64,000 nt of DNA from Candidatus Gemmiger stercoravium (GTDB taxonomy: Bacteria > Bacillota > Clostridia > Oscillospirales > Ruminococcaceae), in NCBI GenBank assembly GCA_019119835.1, contig DWWE01000094.1, forward strand, positions 188 to 64,187, written 5' to 3'. The notes under the pieces were generated by a model, which saw only the letters and a list, made by a program, of their open reading frames with translations, was not told the DNA's origin and ran no database searches. The position numbers were made by a program, and so were the translations under genes. Positions 58,563 through 64,000 of the stretch are shown here, in pieces. Each line of letters begins with the position of its first letter. Position 1 is the first letter of the stretch.

Positions 58563-58780
58563 GATCTGTTCCCTCCCTGTGCTTCCGGTCCTTGCCTACC
58601 ATACAGCTGTATGCAGACAGGCTCGCCTTTAGCACCCACCGGTGCAGCGCACCCCGCAGGAGCAAAAAAAGAGCGCCCCGGGGGATTACCCCAGGGACGC
58701 CCTGTCTTTCTTATTCTGTCGGACTGTTCCCGTTCGGGTCAGGGAATCCGCCGCTTGTGCGGGGTCCGGCGGTCAGACGC

Positions 58781-59161
58781 TTATTCCCCCATGGCCCGAC
58801 GCAGCATTTCCAGGCGCTCTTCCAGGCCCTTGCGGGGTTTGGCGAACAGGCCCATCCCCTCCACTTCCAGGGTGCATTCCAGGCTGGTCGCGTCGCCGCC
58901 GCCCAGCAGGATGGCAATAAAGGTGCCGTGAACCCGGCCATGGGTGAAGCTGCACCGCAGCCGCCGCGCCTTCTCCGACTCCAACACCTTCACCTCGATC
59001 ACACCGCCGTCCTTGGTGTGCTCGGTGATCGAGCTGCCGTCGCTGGCCACTTCCGCCCCGCTCAGGTCGGTGCGCCAGTGGTTCAGGTTGGGGTTGGTCA
59101 GATACAGCCACACCTTTTGCGGCGGGCAGGAATAACTCGCTGTCACTACACAGTTCTTCAT
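58781..59161 (-). CDS. SRPBCC (START-like) family protein
   Basis: KVWLYLTN....WR.DL pattern followed by a beta-strand-rich body; 126 aa. Confidence 0.65.
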   Translation of the reverse strand: MKNCVVTASYSCPPQKVWLYLTNPNLNHWRTDLSGAEVASDGSSITEHTKDGGVIEVKVLESEKARRLRCSFTHGRVHGTFIAILLGGGDATSLECTLEVEGMGLFAKPRKGLEERLEMLRRAMGE

Positions 59162-59203
59162 GGTCGGTATTCTCCTTTTTCCTATTGATTGACCAGACGG
59201 GCC

Positions 59204-61396
59204 TTATTTCTGGCCCAGGCCGCGCAGGCTTTCCAGCAGTCCGCGCAGCCGCACCCGATCGCGGCGCGGTTCAGCCCGCGGCGCCGTGACCGATCCGACC
59301 GCCCTGGCCGGGGTCGTGGGATCAATGCCAGGCGGGTCGATCCGCTCAAACGCGTGCTGGAAATACCCGTACATGGCCATCTGGCTGTCCACCGGGGGCT
59401 GACCGTCCGCCGGTTTGACCTTGGTATAACTGCCGTCCGGCTGCATCACCCGGGCGTTGACCGTATCCCGGAGCTGCAGGTCAAGGATGTCCCGCAGCTG
59501 GCGGGCGATCCTCGGGTCGTCCACCCGGACGCCCACTTCCACCCGGCGTTCGGTGTTGCGGGTCAGGAAGTCGCCGGAGGCGATATAGATGCGGGCATCC
59601 GCACCTTCCCCGAAGGAATAGATGCGGGAATGCTCCAGATAGCGGCCCACGATGCTGCGGATGTGGATATTCTCGGTCTTGCCGGGAACGCCCGCCCGAA
59701 CGCAGCAGATGCCGCGGATGATCATATCCACCCGCACCCCCGCGCAGCTGGCTTCGCTGAGCTTTTCAATGATCTGCGGGTCGTTGAGGGAGTTGTTTTT
59801 CAAAATCATCGACGCCCGCTCGCCCCGCCGCGCCTTGGCGATCTGGCGGTCCATCTCGTCCAGCAGGACGGACTTGAACCGCAGCGGCGCCACCAGCATG
59901 GTATCCGCCTCACTGGTCAGGCGCTGCAGCGCCATGTTGTTGAAGACGGCGCTGGCCTCCTCGCCGATTTCCTGGCGGGAGGTGATGAAGGACAGGTCGG
60001 TGTACTGTTCACTGGTCTTTTCGTTGTAGTTGCCGGTGCCGATCTGGGTCAGGTAATGGTACTTGCCGTCCACCTTGGAGGTGATCAGCGTCAGCTTGGA
60101 GTGAACTTTGTAATCATCGAACCCATAGAAGACCGTGCAGCCGGCATCCTCCAGCTGTTTGGACCAGTCGATGTTGTTCTGTTCGTCGAAGCGGGCGCGC
60201 AGCTCCACCATCGCCACCACTTCTTTGCCGTTTTCCGCCGCCGCTATCAACGCCTGCACGATCTGGGAGTCGCTGGCCATGCGGTAGAGGGTCATCTTGA
60301 TGGACACCACGTTGGGGTCCGCCCCCGCCTTGAGCAGCATACGGATAAAGGGACGGATGCTCTGATAGGGATAGGCGATCAACACATCGTGCTCATGGGC
60401 TTCCCGGTACAGATCATAGCCATTGGGCGCCTGGATCGGCCGGGCCGGCGGGTAGAACAAGCCGGCGTTGCCGTCCGACGAGATGCGGCTGGACAGGCGG
60501 AACAGGCAGCCGGAATCCAGCGGCGAGGTTTGCACAAAGCAGCGGTCCGCCGGCACCACCAGTTTTTCCCGCAGGAACTTCACGATCTCCTGGGGCGCTT
60601 CCGGCCAGAACTGCAGCCGGACCGCCGCCAGTTTGCGGCGTTTTTTCAGCAGCTCGCTCATGACATCGCGGAAGTCGATGTCATGGTCCATCATCCCCTC
60701 ATCCACCGTAATGTCCGCATTGCGGGTGACGCGGAACAGGCAGGATTTCTGCACCGAGTTCTTGCGGAAGATGGACGAGGCATAGTGGGCGATCAGCTCC
60801 TCCACAAAGGCATACCGGGTCACGTTGCCGTCCTTGGTAAACAGGACCCGCTCGAACTGGTTGCTGATCGGGATGATGCCGTAATGGATCCCGTCGGCCT
60901 TGGTGTACAGCTGTACGCCGAAGTAGATCTCCTTGTTGCGCAGGAAGGGGAACGGATGGCGCTGGTCCACGATCTGCGGGCTCAGGATCGGGAAGATCTC
61001 CCGCTGGAAATAGGCTTTCCAGAAATGTTCCTGCTGTTTGTCCAGCTTGCTAAAGTCCACTTTCTGGTAGCCCTTCTCGCTCAGCGCCGCCACCAGGTGC
61101 TGCCAGTACTTGTCACACTTGGCCTGCAGTTCCGCCACCCGCGGGGTAATGGCGGCGATCTGTTCCGACGCCGTCATGTGGGTGACAATGTCCAGCTTGT
61201 TGTTTTTCAGCAGGGTCTGGTCATACAGCGACCCCACGCGGACCATAAAAAACTCATCCATATTGCTGGAAAAGATGGCGGCAAACTTCAGGCGCTCCCC
61301 CAGCGGGACGCTCTTCTCCTTTGCCAGCGCCAGCACACGGCTGTCAAAGTCCAGCCAGCTCAATTCCCGATTGATAAAGATGCTGTCTTGTTCCAA
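59204..61396 (-). CDS. ppk1: Polyphosphate kinase 1
   Basis: FINRELSWLDF..RVL, IKMTLYR, ELRARFDE..NI, KVHSK, GTGNYNE, and YLEHSRI. Confidence 0.96.
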   Translation of the reverse strand: MEQDSIFINRELSWLDFDSRVLALAKEKSVPLGERLKFAAIFSSNMDEFFMVRVGSLYDQTLLKNNKLDIVTHMTASEQIAAITPRVAELQAKCDKYWQHLVAALSEKGYQKVDFSKLDKQQEHFWKAYFQREIFPILSPQIVDQRHPFPFLRNKEIYFGVQLYTKADGIHYGIIPISNQFERVLFTKDGNVTRYAFVEELIAHYASSIFRKNSVQKSCLFRVTRNADITVDEGMMDHDIDFRDVMSELLKKRRKLAAVRLQFWPEAPQEIVKFLREKLVVPADRCFVQTSPLDSGCLFRLSSRISSDGNAGLFYPPARPIQAPNGYDLYREAHEHDVLIAYPYQSIRPFIRMLLKAGADPNVVSIKMTLYRMASDSQIVQALIAAAENGKEVVAMVELRARFDEQNNIDWSKQLEDAGCTVFYGFDDYKVHSKLTLITSKVDGKYHYLTQIGTGNYNEKTSEQYTDLSFITSRQEIGEEASAVFNNMALQRLTSEADTMLVAPLRFKSVLLDEMDRQIAKARRGERASMILKNNSLNDPQIIEKLSEASCAGVRVDMIIRGICCVRAGVPGKTENIHIRSIVGRYLEHSRIYSFGEGADARIYIASGDFLTRNTERRVEVGVRVDDPRIARQLRDILDLQLRDTVNARVMQPDGSYTKVKPADGQPPVDSQMAMYGYFQHAFERIDPPGIDPTTPARAVGSVTAPRAEPRRDRVRLRGLLESLRGLGQK

Positions 61397-61425
61397 AATC
61401 CGATCCTCCCTGTTTTGTTGCCGAC

Positions 61426-61803
61426 TCAGCGGGCGGGGCCCACTTCAACCAAACCGTCCCAGCTTTCCACCATCCGGGCCGAGATCCCGCGCACCTCATC
61501 CAGTTCTTCCACCGTGCGGAACGCGCCGTGCTCGGCCCGATAGGCAAGAATGGCCGCCGCTTTGACCTCCCCGATGCCCGGCAGCTGCATCAACTGTTGG
61601 GCGTCGGCCCGGTTGAGGTCGATCGGCCAGCGGACGATTTCTTCGCTTTCCTGCCGGGGTGCGGCCGGCGCCTCATACGCAGCGGGACGGTAGCCCCATT
61701 GCCAGACCGGCGCGATCCAGAAGCAAGCGCCCCACAGGATGAGCCCCAGCGCCAGCAGGGTCGCCAGCAGCAGTCCGAACGCATCCCGGCGCTTTCCACT
61801 CAT
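61426..61803 (-). CDS. ComEA-family helix-hairpin-helix DNA-binding protein
   Basis: TM anchor, then IDLNRA....L..LPGIGEVKA.AI..YR..HG.F...EEL.EV.GI. Confidence 0.88.
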   Translation of the reverse strand: MSGKRRDAFGLLLATLLALGLILWGACFWIAPVWQWGYRPAAYEAPAAPRQESEEIVRWPIDLNRADAQQLMQLPGIGEVKAAAILAYRAEHGAFRTVEELDEVRGISARMVESWDGLVEVGPAR

Positions 61804-61923
61804 GCAAGACCCTCATTTCGGCCGCAGACGGCTATTTTCCTACCTATTATAGCACGCTTTACACAAAATTTCACCTGCGGCAAAAAGTTTTTTCCAGAAA
61901 TTTACATAATTTTTCCACCCGCC

Positions 61924-62187
61924 TTACCAGCGCGGGCGGCTCCTCTCTTCGGGAGGAAGTTCGGTATCCACGATCAACACGTCCGTGCCAATGGTCTTCA
62001 CGTCCCCCCAGGGGATCTCCAGGTCCGGGCCTCTGCCAAAAAGGCCGAAGCAGCGCGGTCTTCCGCGCAGAACAGCCTTTTCGATCTGCGCCGTATCCGC
62101 CGAAAAGACCAGGTCGTCGATGCGGCCCAGCTTCTCGCCGGTCTTGTTCTGGATCACATCCTTCGCGTGCAGTTCGTACAACGTCAT
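61924..62187 (-). CDS. YlmC/YmxH family PRC-barrel sporulation protein
   Basis: EL..KDVI...TGEKLG.I.DL, and IPW..V..IG.DV.IV. Confidence 0.9.
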   Translation of the reverse strand: MTLYELHAKDVIQNKTGEKLGRIDDLVFSADTAQIEKAVLRGRPRCFGLFGRGPDLEIPWGDVKTIGTDVLIVDTELPPEERSRPRW

Positions 62188-62353
62188 GGCCGGTTCGCCT
62201 CCCTTCTCACTTCTTTTATACTTATGCGCGGCAGTTGGATTTGTTTCTTTCGCCGTTTGCGTGTATAATAGGGAAAGAAAGCCCGGCGGGGCCGGCCGTC
62301 AAAAGCGTCCGCAGCCGGGGTGTCGGACCCTGATGAAACGTAGGAGACTGTTT

Positions 62354-63049
62354 ATGTATAAAAACATCATCTTTGACCTGGGCGGCGTGGTTGTCAACTT
62401 CACCCCCAAAGATTTCCTGATGGACCGCTTTATGAACAAAAAGGCGGAGGAGATCGTGTACGCCCTGACCTTTGGCAGCAAGGAATGGGAGGACCTGGAC
62501 CGGGGGGATATTTCCCGCGGGACCGCCAACCGGATCATGCTGGAAAACGCAGCCGCCTGCGGGCGCGTTTTTGAGGTACAGGCCGTGATCGACGAGTGGG
62601 AGGTCATCCTCAAAACCAACCAGCACACCATCAACACGATGTGCAAGCTGAAGCTGGCGGGCTATCGGCTGTATTACCTGTCCAACATTGCCTCGGACAC
62701 CATGGAGCAGATCAAACAGCGGGATTTCTTTCCGCTGTTTGACGGCGGCGTCGCCTCCTGCGATGTCCACCTGCTCAAACCCGACCCGAGGATCTACACC
62801 CTGCTGATGCAGAAATACCACCTGGCCTATGATGAATCGATCTTCATTGACGACAACAAGCAAAACGCCCAGGCCGCCTACAACCTGGGCATCACCGGCA
62901 TCCTTTACAAGAACTATCGCTCTTTTGACCGCGCTCTGGGTGTTTGCGGCGTCGAGCTGCCCGACGCCCGCGGCATGCGCAGCCTGATCCGCAAAATGAA
63001 GCGCGAACAGGAGCAGAAAGCTGCCGAGAGCCAGGCGCCCCAGGCATAA
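62354..63049 (+). CDS. HAD family phosphatase
   Basis: IIFDLGGV, LSN, LLKPDPRIY, and FIDD...N..AA...G. Promoter TTGTTT-17-TATAAT at 62241-62269. Confidence 0.92.
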   Translation: MYKNIIFDLGGVVVNFTPKDFLMDRFMNKKAEEIVYALTFGSKEWEDLDRGDISRGTANRIMLENAAACGRVFEVQAVIDEWEVILKTNQHTINTMCKLKLAGYRLYYLSNIASDTMEQIKQRDFFPLFDGGVASCDVHLLKPDPRIYTLLMQKYHLAYDESIFIDDNKQNAQAAYNLGITGILYKNYRSFDRALGVCGVELPDARGMRSLIRKMKREQEQKAAESQAPQA

Positions 63050-63068
63050 CAGTTTTCCCCCAACCGTG

Positions 63069-63111
63069 CAAAGAACGCCGGGTACAGTCCGCCTGTACCC
63101 GGCGTTCTTTG
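63069..63111. terminator. Bidirectional terminator between HAD and sigG
   Basis: CAAAGAACGCCGGGTACAG-TCCGC-CTGTACCCGGCGTTCTTTG perfect stem. Confidence 0.85.
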
Positions 63112-63114
63112 TCG

Positions 63115-63894
63115 TCAGCAGCAGGAGATCTGTTCCCGGATGCGGCACAGCGCGTTCTTTTCCAGCCGGCTGACCTGCGCCTGGCTGATTCCGATTTCCC
63201 GGGCCACCTGGACCTGGGTCTTGCCGGACAGATACCGCAGCGAAATGATCCGGCGCTCCCGCTGGGACAGGGTCCGCATGGTATCCTTGAACATGATGCT
63301 GCTGACCCAGCTCTCCTCCCCGCCGGCCTCGGGCACCCGGTCCATCAGGGCGACCGACTCGTCCCCGTCGGTGTAGGCCGGCTCGTACAGGCTGACCGGC
63401 TCCACCACCGATTCCAGCGCCATGGCCACATTTTCCGGGGTGGCACCCAGCCGGGCGGCAATCTCCGAGACGCGGGGTTCCCGGCCGGTCTGTTTTTGCA
63501 GTTCCTCCCGCGCCTGCATGGAATGGTAGGCAAGGTCCCGAATGGATCGGCTGACCCGCACCGGGGCGTTGTCCCGCAGGAAGCGGCGGATCTCCCCGAC
63601 GATCATCGGTACGCCGTAGGTGGAAAAACGGACTTTCAGGCTTGGGTCAAAATGGTCGATGGCCTTGATGAGCCCGATGCAGCCGACCTGAAACAGATCG
63701 TCCAGGTTTTCGCCCCGGCCGGAAAACTTCTGCACCACGCTTAAAACAAGCCGCAGGTTCCCCTGGATCATCTTCTGGCGCGCCACCTTGTCACCGGCCC
63801 GGGCCCTGGTCAGCAGTTCGGTCTTCTGGCGCTCGCTCAAAACCGGCAGCTGGGCGGTGTTCACACCGCAGATCTCTACTTTCCCGCTGTACAT
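63115..63894 (-). CDS. sigG: Sporulation sigma factor SigG
   Basis: The KVEICGVNT..LPVL N-terminus is characteristic of SigG. Also GNLRLVLSV, DDLFQVGCIGL.KAID.FD, and GISQAQVSRLEK. Confidence 0.92.
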   Translation of the reverse strand: MYSGKVEICGVNTAQLPVLSERQKTELLTRARAGDKVARQKMIQGNLRLVLSVVQKFSGRGENLDDLFQVGCIGLIKAIDHFDPSLKVRFSTYGVPMIVGEIRRFLRDNAPVRVSRSIRDLAYHSMQAREELQKQTGREPRVSEIAARLGATPENVAMALESVVEPVSLYEPAYTDGDESVALMDRVPEAGGEESWVSSIMFKDTMRTLSQRERRIISLRYLSGKTQVQVAREIGISQAQVSRLEKNALCRIREQISCC

Positions 63895-64000
63895 CTGGTC
63901 TGTCCTCCCTATCCTGTTTGTTCCAGTATAGGCAGGCGGCAGCCGCATCAGACAGGCAGGTTTCTGGCAATCTTTGCACATGGCCAAGCCGCCCCGCATA

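Noticed and set aside
62320-62345. CTGATGAAAC resembling a hammerhead ribozyme core
   Set aside because: There is no stem II between CUGAUGA and GAAA and no matching cleavage-site helix.

Overview
GC-rich chromosomal segment from a spore-forming gut Firmicute, probably Oscillospiraceae (Subdoligranulum/Gemmiger-like). The taxonomy is inferred from gene content and style. Positions 1-3140 look like the decayed end of an island inserted at the 3' end of a tRNA-Leu(TAA) gene. They contain a chimeric flavoprotein/membrane-protein pseudogene, a lipoprotein flavodoxin, a truncated LysR gene, an AT-rich orphan gene and three TGGCAGACA repeats beside the tRNA. After rarA comes an iron-homeostasis locus (about 4.9-14.9 kb). 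It holds two FeoB paralogs (one fused to FeoA), two FeoA, a Cys-rich FeoB-associated peptide, an unlisted 37-aa membrane peptide, two DtxR-like regulators and a DUF3793-flavodoxin pair. At least six GTTAG-N6-CTAA(C/T) palindromes are spread across the locus, and a structured ~195-nt transcript lies between two of them. A ~237-bp MITE-like element with an 8-bp target duplication follows. The rest is mostly core housekeeping and sporulation genes: yqfC/yqfD, ylbJ, plsY, der, rpmF, a class II uvrA, holA, comEC, alaS with a T-box, groESL with CIRCE, tig-clpP-clpX, thrC, rnhB, rbgA, lepB, rplS, a radical SAM pair, spoIVF-like genes, ppk1, comEA, ylmC and sigG. The best leads are the DtxR-family iron regulon with its candidate sRNA/attenuator, the rod-like RNA ahead of thrC, the MITE and the tRNA-Leu att region. 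No CRISPR array, rRNA, integrase or transposase was seen. All product calls come from recognising motifs by eye; no database searches were run.
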